Source: an uncultured delta proteobacterium
GTDB taxonomy: Bacteria > Desulfobacterota > Binatia > UBA9968
DNA: 56,980 bases
Assembly (NCBI GenBank): GCA_963840855.1
Contig: CAWJBB010000016.1
Location: 1-56,980, forward strand
Reading direction: 5' to 3'
The notes under the pieces were generated by a model. It ran no database searches. It was not told where the DNA came from and worked only from the letters and a program-made list of their open reading frames with translations. Below, piece after piece: positions 20,137 to 30,101 of this stretch. Numbering within the stretch: position 1 is the first letter of the stretch; each line of letters begins with the position of its first letter. The position numbers and the translations under genes are program-made.

Positions 20137-21177
20137 TCAGAGAATCAACATCGCATCGCCATAGCTGTAAAACCGGTAGCGCATCTTGACCGCCTCTTCG
20201 TACGCGCGCCGCACGAGATCGAGGCCGGCGAAGGCTGCCACCAGAATCAACGGCGTGGAGCCCGGCAGGTGAAAATTGGTGATCAGCGCGTCAATGACGC
20301 GAAACGAATCGCCGGGGTGGATAAACAAGCGCGCGATGCCTTCGTCCGCCTCCACCCTCCCTTTTTGCCGCGCGATCCATTCCAATGTGCGGGTACTGGT
20401 GGAACCCACCGCGATGACGCGGCGACCGGCTTGTTTGGCGCGATTTATCGTCTCCGCCGTTTGCGCGCCGAGAACGTAGCGCTCGCCTTCCATGCGGTGA
20501 TCTTCGATCTGCTCATCGCGAACCGGCTCGAAGGTCCCGGGCCCAACATGCAGGGTCAACATTACTCGCTCGATTCCCCGCTGTGCCAAACTGGCGAACA
20601 ATTCCGAAGTGAAATGAAACCCCGCGGTGGGCGCGGCGATGGCGCCGGCGTGGGTTGCATAAACAGTCTGGTATCGCTCCCGGTCCAGCGGCTCGGACTC
20701 GCGTTGCCGCGTTACGTAGGGAGGTAGCGGCGGCTCGCCGAGGCGCTTCAGAACCGAGCTGAAATCTCCCCCATGGTGGAACTCAAGCCCGAAACGGCCG
20801 CGCCCCAAGTCCCCGATCACCTCTGCCGTCACATCAGCGTCGAAGATAATTTGGCTGCCCACTCGCGGCCTCTTCCCGGCGTCCACCAGAGCGAGCCAGA
20901 AACTTCGGCCATCGTAGGGAAAGCGTTCCAATAACAAAACCTCGGCTTTGCCGCCGCTTTCCTTGACGCCGCGCAACCGGGCGCGAAAAACCTTGGTGTC
21001 ATTGAGTACCAGTAAATCGCCCGGGTCGATGAAATTTGCCAGCTCGGAAAACACACTATGGATGATTTCACCCGAGCGGCGCCTGATCACAAGCAAGCGC
21101 GACGCCGCGCGCTGCCGACTCGGGAACGCGGCAACGAGGGAATCGGGAAGGTCGTAAGAGAACTCGTTCAAGTGCAT
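20137..21177 (-). CDS. queA: S-adenosylmethionine:tRNA ribosyltransferase-isomerase
   Basis: NDTKV, PLPPY, YQTVYA, AAPTAGFHF, TLHVGPGTF, TNFHLP, YRFYSYGDAM. Confidence 0.95.
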   Translation of the reverse strand: MHLNEFSYDLPDSLVAAFPSRQRAASRLLVIRRRSGEIIHSVFSELANFIDPGDLLVLNDTKVFRARLRGVKESGGKAEVLLLERFPYDGRSFWLALVDAGKRPRVGSQIIFDADVTAEVIGDLGRGRFGLEFHHGGDFSSVLKRLGEPPLPPYVTRQRESEPLDRERYQTVYATHAGAIAAPTAGFHFTSELFASLAQRGIERVMLTLHVGPGTFEPVRDEQIEDHRMEGERYVLGAQTAETINRAKQAGRRVIAVGSTSTRTLEWIARQKGRVEADEGIARLFIHPGDSFRVIDALITNFHLPGSTPLILVAAFAGLDLVRRAYEEAVKMRYRFYSYGDAMLIL

Positions 21178-21297
21178 GGCGGTGAGCGCGGATGTGTCAA
21201 GGCCGCGGACGGTGCCCTCCCTAGTAAGCGTCACTCGTAAAGCCAGCCGTGCGGCGAGAAACGAATGGGAACCGAAAGCGGCGCGCGATCTACATGT

Positions 21298-22053
21298 CTA
21301 CGTATTGTCCTTCTTGATAAACGGCGTCAGCAGATCGATGGGCACGGGAAAGATCGTCGTCGAATTCTTCTCCGCGGCAACCTCGACGAGGCTCTGCAAA
21401 AATCGGAGCTGCAAGGCAATGGGCTGCTTGCTAATCACCTCCGCAGCATCCGCGAGCTTTTGCGACGCTTGAAATTCGCCATCGGCGTGGATGACTTTGG
21501 CGCGCCGTTCGCGTTCCGCTTCGGCCTGCTTCGCCATGGCGCGCTGCATTTCCTGCGGCAGATCGATATGCTTGAGTTCTACGAGCACGACCTTGATGCC
21601 CCAGGGATCCGTCTGTTTATCGAGAATGTCCTGGATGCGGGTGTTGATCTTCTCCCTCTCAGCCAATAGCTCGTCCAATTCGCCCTGCCCGCAAACGCTG
21701 CGCAGCGTGACCTGGGCAAGCTGCGACGTGGCGAACAAGTAATTTTCGACTTCGCGCACAGCCTTGTTGGGTTCCAGCACGCGAAAGTAAAGCACCGCGT
21801 TCACCTTCACTGAGACGTTGTCGCGAGTGATGACGTCTTGGGGTGGTATATCCATAGTCACGGTGCGCAGATCCATGCGCACCATTTTTTCAACGCCTGG
21901 AATCACGTAGGTCAGCCCCGGCCCGCGCGCCCCCACCATGCGCCCCAAACGGAATATCACCGCGCGTTCATACTCTTTGAGGATCTTGACACCGCTGATA
22001 ATCGCCAGCGCCACAAAGACGATGATAATCAACCCAGGTCCGAAACCCGACAT
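21298..22053 (-). CDS. SPFH/stomatin-like (slipin) membrane protein
   Basis: [40 protein letters not shown]. Confidence 0.9.
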   Translation of the reverse strand: MSGFGPGLIIIVFVALAIISGVKILKEYERAVIFRLGRMVGARGPGLTYVIPGVEKMVRMDLRTVTMDIPPQDVITRDNVSVKVNAVLYFRVLEPNKAVREVENYLFATSQLAQVTLRSVCGQGELDELLAEREKINTRIQDILDKQTDPWGIKVVLVELKHIDLPQEMQRAMAKQAEAERERRAKVIHADGEFQASQKLADAAEVISKQPIALQLRFLQSLVEVAAEKNSTTIFPVPIDLLTPFIKKDNT

Positions 22054-22068
22054 GAATGCCTCCTATTC

Positions 22069-23418
22069 TCAACCTGCCGCGGGGTTGGTTGAAACCCGCT
22101 TCACCTTGAGCGTCATGCCATCGATACCGATCACTTCCACTTTTTCGCCGGGCGCTATTTCGCCATCTGCTTCGGCGTTCCAGTACTCGCCATGCACGAA
22201 TATTTTCCCCCCGGGCGCCAGCGCGCCGCGCGCCTCGCCGACCTCGCCCATGAGCCCCTCCACTCCCAACGTCGCCTTGGAGCGTTGCGAGCGAAACACC
22301 AGGTAACTGATGATCAAAACGAAGCTGCCGACGGTTCCGACGGCGGTAAAGACGATGGAGCGGTCCAATGCCAGACCGGTACTTTCAGGATCGAAAATCA
22401 GCAGCGAACCGAAGGTCAAAGCGACGATGCCGCCGACGCCGAGCACGCCGAAGCTCGGCATAAAGGCCTCGCCCACGAGCAAACCGATGCCGAGCAGGAT
22501 CAAGATGAGCCCAACGTAGTTGAAGGGTAAAACCTGTAAGGAGGCAAACGCTAGCAAAAGGCAGATGGCGCCCGCCACGCCGGGGAAAATCACTCCCGGA
22601 TTGGAGAATTCGAAGTACAAGCCGAGAATACCCGCCATCATCAAGAGGTAAGCAATATTTGGATTGGCGATGGCGTTGAGCACTCTTTGTTTCAGGCTCA
22701 TTTCCAGACGCATCACGCGGGCGTTCTTGAGATCGAGCAGGCTTTCCCGGCCATCGAGATCGACCTTGCGGCCATGCGCCTGTTTCAGCAAATCATCCAC
22801 GTCCTTTGCCACGATATCGATGACGTTTTTGCCCAGAGCTTCTTTCTCCGTGATGGCCACGCTTTTGCGCACCGCCTGGATGGCCCATTCGGCGTTGCGG
22901 CCGCGCCGCTGCGCGATGGTTTCGCCGAAAGAGGCGGTAAAGTTTTCAATTTTCTCGCCCATCACGCCTTTGACTTCCTGGCCGCCGCCGGCCACGGGAT
23001 GAGCCGCGCCGATATTGGTTCCCGGCGCCATGGCCGCCACATGCGCCGCCATCGTGATAAACACGCCCGCTGAACCGGCACCGCCGCCGCTGGGCGCGAC
23101 GTAAACGATGACTGGAACCTGCGCGGCGAGCATTTCTTTAACAATAGTGCGCGTCGATTCCAAAAGACCACCGGGCGTATCGAGCTGAATGATCAAAGCG
23201 CGCGCTCCGCCGGCCTTGGCGCGGCCGATGTTCTCACGAATGAAATCGTCCACGGCGGGGTTAATGGAACCGTCGATGACGATCAAGTTGACAACCGCAT
23301 CCCCCTGCGGCTGGGCCATCGCCAAAAACCCGGCCGCCATCAGCGCCGACAACAGGAAGAGTTTAAGCGCCCGCGCCGCGCCGCGCTTCGATGACTTTTT
23401 TGATATCTTCCCAAACAA
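22069..23418 (-). CDS. nfeD: NfeD long-form membrane-bound ClpP-class serine protease
   Basis: LDTPGG, GSAG (Ser), TNIGAAHPV, EKIEN (Lys), TM region, C-terminal OB fold VHGEYW; pairs with SPFH; start uncertain. Confidence 0.9.
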   Translation of the reverse strand: MFGKISKKSSKRGAARALKLFLLSALMAAGFLAMAQPQGDAVVNLIVIDGSINPAVDDFIRENIGRAKAGGARALIIQLDTPGGLLESTRTIVKEMLAAQVPVIVYVAPSGGGAGSAGVFITMAAHVAAMAPGTNIGAAHPVAGGGQEVKGVMGEKIENFTASFGETIAQRRGRNAEWAIQAVRKSVAITEKEALGKNVIDIVAKDVDDLLKQAHGRKVDLDGRESLLDLKNARVMRLEMSLKQRVLNAIANPNIAYLLMMAGILGLYFEFSNPGVIFPGVAGAICLLLAFASLQVLPFNYVGLILILLGIGLLVGEAFMPSFGVLGVGGIVALTFGSLLIFDPESTGLALDRSIVFTAVGTVGSFVLIISYLVFRSQRSKATLGVEGLMGEVGEARGALAPGGKIFVHGEYWNAEADGEIAPGEKVEVIGIDGMTLKVKRVSTNPAAG

Positions 23419-24142
23419 GCTTTTTGTCTCCAGGGTTGCGCAATAGATAAGCCGGGTGAAAGGTCGGCATCAATTTGATGCCATGGTAGCTGTGCCACTG
23501 GCCGCGCAGTTTCGTGATCGGCACTTTGCTTTGCAGTAGCGTCTGCACGGCGAATTTGCCGAGCCCAACGATTATCTCGGGGCGGATCAATTCGATCTGC
23601 TTCTTCAAAAATGGTTCGCAAGCCGCGACTTCGTCCGGTTCAGGATTGCGATTTTCCGGCGGGCGGCACTTGACGACATTGGCGATGTAAACATCCTCGC
23701 GCTTGAGCCCCATGCCCTTGGTAATGATGTCCGTGAGCAGTTGCCCGGCGCGGCCGACAAATGGTTCGCCCTGCAAATCCTCGTCGCGGCCTGGGCCTTC
23801 GCCGATAAACATCAATTTGGCCCTCGGGTTGCCGACGCCAAATACTATATGGGTCCGCCCCGCGCATAACTTGCAGCGCTGGCAATCGCCGATGGCCGAG
23901 CGTAATTCTTCGAGGCTGCGCGACTGGTACGCCGAGTTTACTTCGGCGAAGAGATCATTTTCCACGCCGCTTAAGAGGCTCTGAACATCGCCCGGCGCGA
24001 CCCCGTGCTTTTTCGGAGAAACTTCGCGCGCTACAAAGCGAGCGCCGGCCCGCCCGCGCCGCTGTAAATGGTGGCGTAAAGAAACCGTTACCGCGGCCAA
24101 CTCCTGGGCGTCATCCTGTGCATCCGTCGAGGCATCTTCCAC
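23363..24142 (-). CDS. Uracil-DNA glycosylase, family 4 (4Fe-4S)
   Basis: [34 protein letters not shown]; start uncertain (GTG 24142 or 24178). Confidence 0.9.
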   Translation of the reverse strand: MEDASTDAQDDAQELAAVTVSLRHHLQRRGRAGARFVAREVSPKKHGVAPGDVQSLLSGVENDLFAEVNSAYQSRSLEELRSAIGDCQRCKLCAGRTHIVFGVGNPRAKLMFIGEGPGRDEDLQGEPFVGRAGQLLTDIITKGMGLKREDVYIANVVKCRPPENRNPEPDEVAACEPFLKKQIELIRPEIIVGLGKFAVQTLLQSKVPITKLRGQWHSYHGIKLMPTFHPAYLLRNPGDKKLVWEDIKKVIEARRGAGA

Positions 24143-24194
24143 GTTATCACAATACCACCGTACGCCGCTTTCTAGCAACTACGACTAGCGGGAA

Positions 24195-24244
24195 GTTCAA
24201 AAGTTCAAGGTTCAACGCCCTGAGCGTGGCGAATGAGTTCAAAG
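24195..24244. repeat. Partial GTTCAAN heptamer element
   Basis: GTTCAAA a GTTCAAG GTTCAAC ... GTTCAAAG. Confidence 0.55.
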
Positions 24245-24296
24245 TCTTGGTCTCAAACTCGCAACCGGTGCTGAAGGAAGGAATTTCATGCTCGGG

Positions 24297-24839
24297 TTAA
24301 CCGAGTTGGCGTAGCTGCGCTATATAACGCGCGCGACAGTCCGTAAAGAAGCTTAACGTTGCAGACCACAGGTAATCGGGATAGGTGTACGCGCAGCCGT
24401 GAAACGCGGCGTCAAAGTAGAGTAGCGTCGCTTCGGCGAAAATGCCGCCGCGAAGATAAATGCGATGGCTGGCATTCTTCGTCGATGCCAGCACCACCTT
24501 ACCCGCCTCCAAATAACCTGGATCGAGATTGACGCGCCGTCCGCCGCCGTCGCGCGCCGCGCGGCGATAACGCGCTTCAACGCTCTCGGTTGCAAGTTTG
24601 ATATCCGCGAGCGTTTCCGGCGACAACAGCGGCTCGAATGACAAGAAACGGCGCAGCAAACCGGCGCCCATCTCTTTTTGGTAGAAACACGACGCTGTCC
24701 AGGGCAAATTCTGGCTTCGTCCGTCGATCGCGCCGAGCAAGGCGCACAGGTCCGTTTCGACCGCGCTCAAAAGATCGGTCTCTGAGGAAAGTAAGGCGAC
24801 GAAGTATTTCCCGGGCTTGGGTTCCTTGGGAGTCCCCAT
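24297..24839 (-). CDS. DUF4416 family protein
   Basis: YQKEMG, RRVNLDPGYL, LASTKN..HRIYL, YTYPDY. Confidence 0.8.
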   Translation of the reverse strand: MGTPKEPKPGKYFVALLSSETDLLSAVETDLCALLGAIDGRSQNLPWTASCFYQKEMGAGLLRRFLSFEPLLSPETLADIKLATESVEARYRRAARDGGGRRVNLDPGYLEAGKVVLASTKNASHRIYLRGGIFAEATLLYFDAAFHGCAYTYPDYLWSATLSFFTDCRARYIAQLRQLG

Positions 24840-24840
24840 T

Positions 24841-26046
24841 TTACCCGCTGCCCCGAAGGGCAAGCATGTGATCGAAGATCTCGTCCGCCAATTCGTCTTT
24901 CGTCATGAGCGGGAGCGAGCGCGCTGTGCCGCTGCGGTCCAGAATAGTCGCGATGTTGGTGTCACCGTCAAAGCCGCTGCCTTCACGCGTGACGTCGTTG
25001 GCAACGATCATGTCGAGGTTCTTAGCGTTGAGTTTCTTTTTTGCATTGGCGGTGAGCTCTTCGGTTTCCGCGGCGAAGCCAACCAAAAATTTGCCGTCCT
25101 TCATGGCGCCGAGTTCTTTGAGAATGTCGGGATTGGGCTCAAGGCGCAATTCAAGCGGTCCGGTTTCTCTTTTCATTTTTTTGCTGGCGGCACCTACGGG
25201 ACGATAATCGGCCACCGCCGCGGCCATGATCACCGTCGTGCATGTCGCGAACTCTTTGAGCACCGCTGCGCGCATCTCGGCCGCCGTTATCACCGGGATC
25301 AGACGCGCTCCCATGGGCGGCTCGATCCCCGTGGGGCCGCTCACCAACGCCACCTCCGCACCCCGTCTCAATGCCGCGCGCGCCATGGCATAACCCATTT
25401 TCCCCGACGAACGATTAGAGATATACCTCACCGGGTCCAACGGCTCGCGGCTGGGACCGGCGGTGATGAGTATTTTTTCCCCGCCTAAGTCCTTTTTCTT
25501 AAGCAGCGCACGAACTGCTTCCAGGATTATTTCCGGCTCTGGCAGCCGGCCTTTGCCTTCGTAACCGCAGGCCAGAAACCCGTCGGCGGGTTCCATAAGG
25601 TGATAGCCCACGCGCCGGAGCTTGCGCAGATTCTCCTGAAGGATCGGATTGGCATACATGTGAATGTTCATCGCCGGCGCGATCAGCACCGGCGCTTGTG
25701 TGGCCATGAGCACCGTAGTCAAAAGATCGTCAGCGATGCCTGCGGCGATCTTGCCGATGATACTTGCCGTGGCTGGCGCGATCACGAACAGATCGGCGGA
25801 ATCAGCGACATTGATGTGACCGATTTCAGACTCCTGGGTGAGATTGAACGTCTCACTGGCCACCGGCTGCCCTGAAAGCGTCTGAAATGTCAGCGGTGTG
25901 ATAAACTCCATGGCCCCATGGGTCATGACAACTTGAACCTTAAAACCATCCTTAACCAAGAGGCGAGTTAACTCCACCGCCTTGTAACAGGCGATGCCCC
26001 CGGTCACGCCGAGGACTACGGTCTGGGGTTGTGTCTCCTGGGCCAC
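24841..26046 (-). CDS. coaBC: Phosphopantothenoylcysteine decarboxylase / phosphopantothenate-cysteine ligase
   Basis: GVTGGIACYK, APAMN, LACG..GKGR, DPVRYISNRSSGKMG, AAAVADY, GFAAET, IVANDV; start placed at GTG 26046. Confidence 0.95.
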   Translation of the reverse strand: MAQETQPQTVVLGVTGGIACYKAVELTRLLVKDGFKVQVVMTHGAMEFITPLTFQTLSGQPVASETFNLTQESEIGHINVADSADLFVIAPATASIIGKIAAGIADDLLTTVLMATQAPVLIAPAMNIHMYANPILQENLRKLRRVGYHLMEPADGFLACGYEGKGRLPEPEIILEAVRALLKKKDLGGEKILITAGPSREPLDPVRYISNRSSGKMGYAMARAALRRGAEVALVSGPTGIEPPMGARLIPVITAAEMRAAVLKEFATCTTVIMAAAVADYRPVGAASKKMKRETGPLELRLEPNPDILKELGAMKDGKFLVGFAAETEELTANAKKKLNAKNLDMIVANDVTREGSGFDGDTNIATILDRSGTARSLPLMTKDELADEIFDHMLALRGSG

Positions 26047-26381
26047 GTGGGCAAATCTAACCGATTGGCCAATCCCTTGCAAACCACAGTCGCTCCGATT
26101 AGAGCTGGTCATAATTACCCGAATTGTCACGATTCAAATGCTATTGCGACTTTTTGTCACCAGCCGTCCATCCAACGAATTGACCAAAGTCGTGTTGAGC
26201 GAAGGAAATACCCCTATTTTGAGTCCGATTTCGGAAATCCTTCGGACCATGCGATGGCATGATTCTAGCTTCCAATCCGCAACAGAATAAAGTTTTCCAT
26301 GCAGAATCGCATGAAGTGACGAATTTGGGGTTGACCATCGGGATGACTTAGGCTATTTGAAGTGGGTGAAAGGAGAAAGGG

Positions 26382-27230
26382 ATGATTGGTGCGCTCCGAG
26401 AACGAATTTTGGGACGATGGCTGATTCCGTTCCTCATTTCCGGGATGGGAATGGCGGTAATTTACGCAAAAACGGGCCATGCGTCAGAGCAAAACGACGT
26501 TGGCCAACCGGTGCTAGAAGTGGCGCTGGATGCCACCGGCGCGGCTGCAACGGTTCCAAGCGAAGCAAAGCTCGCGAGTGCAACCTATGGAATGGAAATA
26601 ACCCAAGCGGCGGCGGGAGAGGATTTCGAGTCGGACCCCTGGGAAAGGTTCAACGAAGCGATGTTCAATTTCAATCGCGAGATTCTCGACCGCTACATAT
26701 TGAAACCGGTGGCGACGGCCTGGGATTTCGTGCTTCCTGATCCGGTACAAAAAGGCGTTCATAACTTCTTCGACAATCTCGCAGTGGTGCGCCGCGTGAT
26801 GAACAACGCGCTTCAGCTCAAATTCCAAGGCGCCGGCACGGAAGTGGCCCGCTTCGCGATTAATAGCACCGTCGGGTTGGTGGGATTCTTCGACGTCGCC
26901 AAGGATGGATTCGGTATCGAGCAAAGCGACGAAGACACGGGTCAAACTTTTGGCGTGTGGGGAGCTCCCCCGGGTCCATTTCTTGTGTTGCCGTTCCTGC
27001 CACCACTCACCGTTCGCGACGGCATCGGCTACTTGTTCGATATCAGCATGACACCGTATATCTACTTCATCCCGTGGTACGCGAGCATCGGCAGCAATAC
27101 AACCAATATCGTCAATGAACGTTCGTTGAACCTCGACCGCTTCGAGCGCGTCGCGGAAACCACCATTGATCTCTATAGCGCCGTCCGCAATGCCTATTTG
27201 CAGCGGCGCGCTGCGGCGATCCGTCAATAG
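26382..27230 (+). CDS. mlaA: MlaA/VacJ family protein (outer-membrane lipid asymmetry)
   Basis: DPWERFNEAMFNFN, RFAINSTVGLVG, EDTGQTFG, VLPFLPP.TVRD, YSAVRNAYLQRR. Confidence 0.85.
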   Translation: MIGALRERILGRWLIPFLISGMGMAVIYAKTGHASEQNDVGQPVLEVALDATGAAATVPSEAKLASATYGMEITQAAAGEDFESDPWERFNEAMFNFNREILDRYILKPVATAWDFVLPDPVQKGVHNFFDNLAVVRRVMNNALQLKFQGAGTEVARFAINSTVGLVGFFDVAKDGFGIEQSDEDTGQTFGVWGAPPGPFLVLPFLPPLTVRDGIGYLFDISMTPYIYFIPWYASIGSNTTNIVNERSLNLDRFERVAETTIDLYSAVRNAYLQRRAAAIRQ

Positions 27231-27412
27231 CACAAAAAGCAAGAGCCGCGCCTGGAACACGCTTTTTAGGGTCTGCATGCACTGCAACCAAGATAAAGCG
27301 AAAGCCCCCGGCGCCTTTTATTCTCCGCGTCCGCACTGTCGATTCTTTCTCGGATTCACGCTTCCGCCAGTGCCCAGGGCTTCGATACACTCGTAAACGC
27401 CGCGCTACCGGG

Positions 27413-27441
27413 TTGACAAGGCGCGGATCGTTCATTATGAA
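27413..27441 (+). promoter_or_regulatory. Sigma-70-like promoter
   Basis: TTGACA-N17-TATGAA upstream of ORF 27529. Confidence 0.5.
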
Positions 27442-27528
27442 ATAAAACCTATCCGGAAAGCGAAGCCAAAGCGCACGCCTGCCAAAGCTGGACTGTTGGT
27501 GCGCCGCAGCGGAGAGCGAGAACGAACC

Positions 27529-27888
27529 ATGCCACGAACAAAGAAGAAGAGCGTCGGCCGACCTTCAAAAAAAAGCGCGGACGCCTACTTCGACGAAGGC
27601 GCCGCCGAAGAAGTAGACGACGAAGATCTTCCAAGCGACGAAGCCGGCCGGCGCAAGATCAAGAAAAGCTACGAAGAACTCCTCGGCATCCGCATCGAGA
27701 AACTTAGGGGCCGGGTGCTGAACCGCGAGAAAATCAACAAAAGCATCGACGGCCTGTATTTCATCTGCTTCGAGTGCAAAAAAATCTGTCACAACCTCGA
27801 TGAGGGTTGGGCCGAAGAAACAGGCACGCAGAATAATTTTTGCGGCAGCTGCGCCAAAGCGAAGGGCATCCGCAGCAACGCCGCTTGA
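27529..27888 (+). CDS. Small hypothetical C4 zinc-finger protein
   Basis: 119 aa; basic then acidic N-terminus; CFEC-x21-CGSC. Confidence 0.7.
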   Translation: MPRTKKKSVGRPSKKSADAYFDEGAAEEVDDEDLPSDEAGRRKIKKSYEELLGIRIEKLRGRVLNREKINKSIDGLYFICFECKKICHNLDEGWAEETGTQNNFCGSCAKAKGIRSNAA

Positions 27889-27939
27889 ACCTGAGTAAAG
27901 TTTAGTTCCAAGTTCAAAGTCAAGTTCCCCAAGGCATGA

Positions 27940-28917
27940 TCAAGCCAGGACTAAGTTCATCTTCAGCCGGGCAAGAGTCGCCGCTAGTTCGTCCGGCAAG
28001 GGTGCCTCCAGCTTAACCGAGCGTCGCGAAACCGGATGCGTCAACCGCAGTTCCTTGGCGTGTAAAAAGTGGCGCCGTAGTCCAAGGGTTTCCCGACCCT
28101 CCGCGCCATAAAGGGGGTCACCGACGATAGGATGATCAATCGCCGCTAGATGCGCGCGTAGTTGATGGGTTACACCGGTTTCCATCTCCAGCTCCAAAAA
28201 ACTAAGTCCCTGTTGTTCGCAAACTTTTCGATAGTGGGTCAGCGCCGGCCAAACTTTACGTTTTGGCGCGCCATGGCCAGGCACGACGATCGCCTGCATC
28301 TTTCTCTCATCCTGCGAGTCGTGGGTGAGCGGAAAATCAATCTCACCCCGCCTAGGGGTCGATCCCCATACCAGCGCCAAGTAACTCTTCTTGACGGCGC
28401 GACGGCGAAATTGGCGGCAGAGATCATCGAATGCCGCCTGAGTCTTGGCAACCAGCACAACACCCGAGGTTTCGCGGTCGAGGCGGTGCACCAAGCCCGG
28501 CTCCCAGCGGCTTTTGCCAATACCGGACAGTTCGGGCCAATGGGCCAGCAGGAAGTTTGCCAGCGAGTCATCATCCCGCCCGGAAAAGCCGTGACAGTCC
28601 ATTCCCGCGGGCTTGTTAAACGCCAATAATTCCGCGTCTTCATAGACCACCGGCACGGCCAACCGCGGGTTGGCAATGGGCGTGGGAGAGAGCCACGCGA
28701 CTGGCCCGTTAAATTGCACCACGTCTCCCTCCACCACCCGGTCCCCTTTGCGCGCCCGCCTGCCGTTGACGGAAAAATATTGCTCACGCATCGTCTCTTC
28801 CAGCTCGCGCCGAGACAGGAAAGGCAGCTGCGCGCGCAAAAAGGCATCCAGGCGCAAGCCCGCGCAGTCAGCGGTAACGGCCCAACTCCGTTGCAAAGAT
28901 GTGTCTTGAAGGACCAT
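27940..28917 (-). CDS. RluA/RluD family pseudouridine synthase with S4 domain
   Basis: RLDAFL S4 domain, NKPAG, VHRLDRETSG, TGVTHQLR, GDPLY, LHA; start uncertain (28947/28917). Confidence 0.9.
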   Translation of the reverse strand: MVLQDTSLQRSWAVTADCAGLRLDAFLRAQLPFLSRRELEETMREQYFSVNGRRARKGDRVVEGDVVQFNGPVAWLSPTPIANPRLAVPVVYEDAELLAFNKPAGMDCHGFSGRDDDSLANFLLAHWPELSGIGKSRWEPGLVHRLDRETSGVVLVAKTQAAFDDLCRQFRRRAVKKSYLALVWGSTPRRGEIDFPLTHDSQDERKMQAIVVPGHGAPKRKVWPALTHYRKVCEQQGLSFLELEMETGVTHQLRAHLAAIDHPIVGDPLYGAEGRETLGLRRHFLHAKELRLTHPVSRRSVKLEAPLPDELAATLARLKMNLVLA

Positions 28918-28965
28918 CCCCACTACTTTACTATACTTCCGACCCATACGAACTCGAAACGTATA

Positions 28966-30081
28966 ATGAAGTCATCAATATTTTCCGTCATTCTTGCAGG
29001 CGGCAAGGGCACGCGCTTCTGGCCGCTGAGCCGCTCGCTCCGTCCCAAGCAACTTTTAAAGATTCTCAGCCCCAAGACGCTGATTCGCGAAACCGCCGAG
29101 CGCATGTTTCCACTGAGCGGCCCTGAACGGACGTTGGTCGTCACAGTCGCCGCGCAACTTAAGGATCTCGCCCGCGAGTTGCGCGGCGTGCCGCGCCGTA
29201 ATTTTATCGCCGAGCCACAGGGAAAAAATACCGCCCCTTGCATCGGGCTTTCGGCTCTGGAGGTGGCGGCGCGCAATCCCGAAGGCGTGATGGCGGTTGT
29301 GCCCGCGGACCATTGGATCGCCGACCCGCGCGCGTTTCGCCGCACGCTGGAGAATGCCGCGAGACTCGCGGCCGCGAGCGATCATTTGGTGACCATCGGC
29401 ATCCGACCGGATTATCCAGAAACCGGCTACGGTTACATTCTCAAGGGCGCCAGCTTGCGCAGCGGCAAAATCTCCGGCGCGGCATTGGTAAATCGCTTTC
29501 AAGAAAAACCCGATGGGCGCACGGCACGCCGGCTCATTCGCCATGGCGCACTTTGGAACAGCGGAATATTCGTCTGGCGCGCGGCGGCTCTGCTCGAATC
29601 GCTGCGCCGCTACCAGCCAGCCATCGCCAGCCTATTGGAAAAAATCCGCGCCGGAACCGGCGGCAAGTCATTAACTCGGCCAGCGCCGCCGCTGGCACGC
29701 TTGATCACCCGCGAGTATAACAAGATGCCCGGTATCTCTGTGGATTACGCCGTCCTCGAAAAGGCCGCCAGCGACGGCCAAGTTGTCACCCTCGAAGCAA
29801 ACTTTGGCTGGAGCGACATCGGCAGTTGGTCGGCGGTGCACCGCATGATGCAACGAGACGACAACGGCAACGCCGCCAACGGCAGATGGCTCGGCCTCGG
29901 CGCAAGAAATTGCCTGATCCACGCCCCCGACCGGCTGGTGGTACTGCTTGGCATCGAAGATGCCGTCGTGGTCGACACTCCGGACGCGCTTTTGGTGGCT
30001 GATCTCCAGCGCGCCCAAGAAGTGCGCGAGCTGGTCGAAGAGCTAAAGAAAAAAGGGTTCGGCTCTTACACCGTCAAGTAA
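28966..30081 (+). CDS. manC: Mannose-1-phosphate guanylyltransferase
   Basis: ILAGGKGTRFWPLSR..PKQ, EPQGKNTAP, PADH, ETGYGYI, EKP, WNSG, SVDYAVLEK, WSDIGSW. Confidence 0.9.
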   Translation: MKSSIFSVILAGGKGTRFWPLSRSLRPKQLLKILSPKTLIRETAERMFPLSGPERTLVVTVAAQLKDLARELRGVPRRNFIAEPQGKNTAPCIGLSALEVAARNPEGVMAVVPADHWIADPRAFRRTLENAARLAAASDHLVTIGIRPDYPETGYGYILKGASLRSGKISGAALVNRFQEKPDGRTARRLIRHGALWNSGIFVWRAAALLESLRRYQPAIASLLEKIRAGTGGKSLTRPAPPLARLITREYNKMPGISVDYAVLEKAASDGQVVTLEANFGWSDIGSWSAVHRMMQRDDNGNAANGRWLGLGARNCLIHAPDRLVVLLGIEDAVVVDTPDALLVADLQRAQEVRELVEELKKKGFGSYTVK

Positions 30082-30101
30082 TCCGCTCCATACGACCCCT
30101 C

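Noticed and set aside
23363-24142. UdgX (covalent uracil-binding UDG)
   Set aside because: No KRRIH R-loop; the sequence fits an ordinary family 4 UDG
27442-27528. c-di-GMP-I riboswitch-like words (AAACC, GAAA, CAAAGC) in the zinc-finger gene leader
   Set aside because: The required paired stems are not evident; resemblance is only superficial
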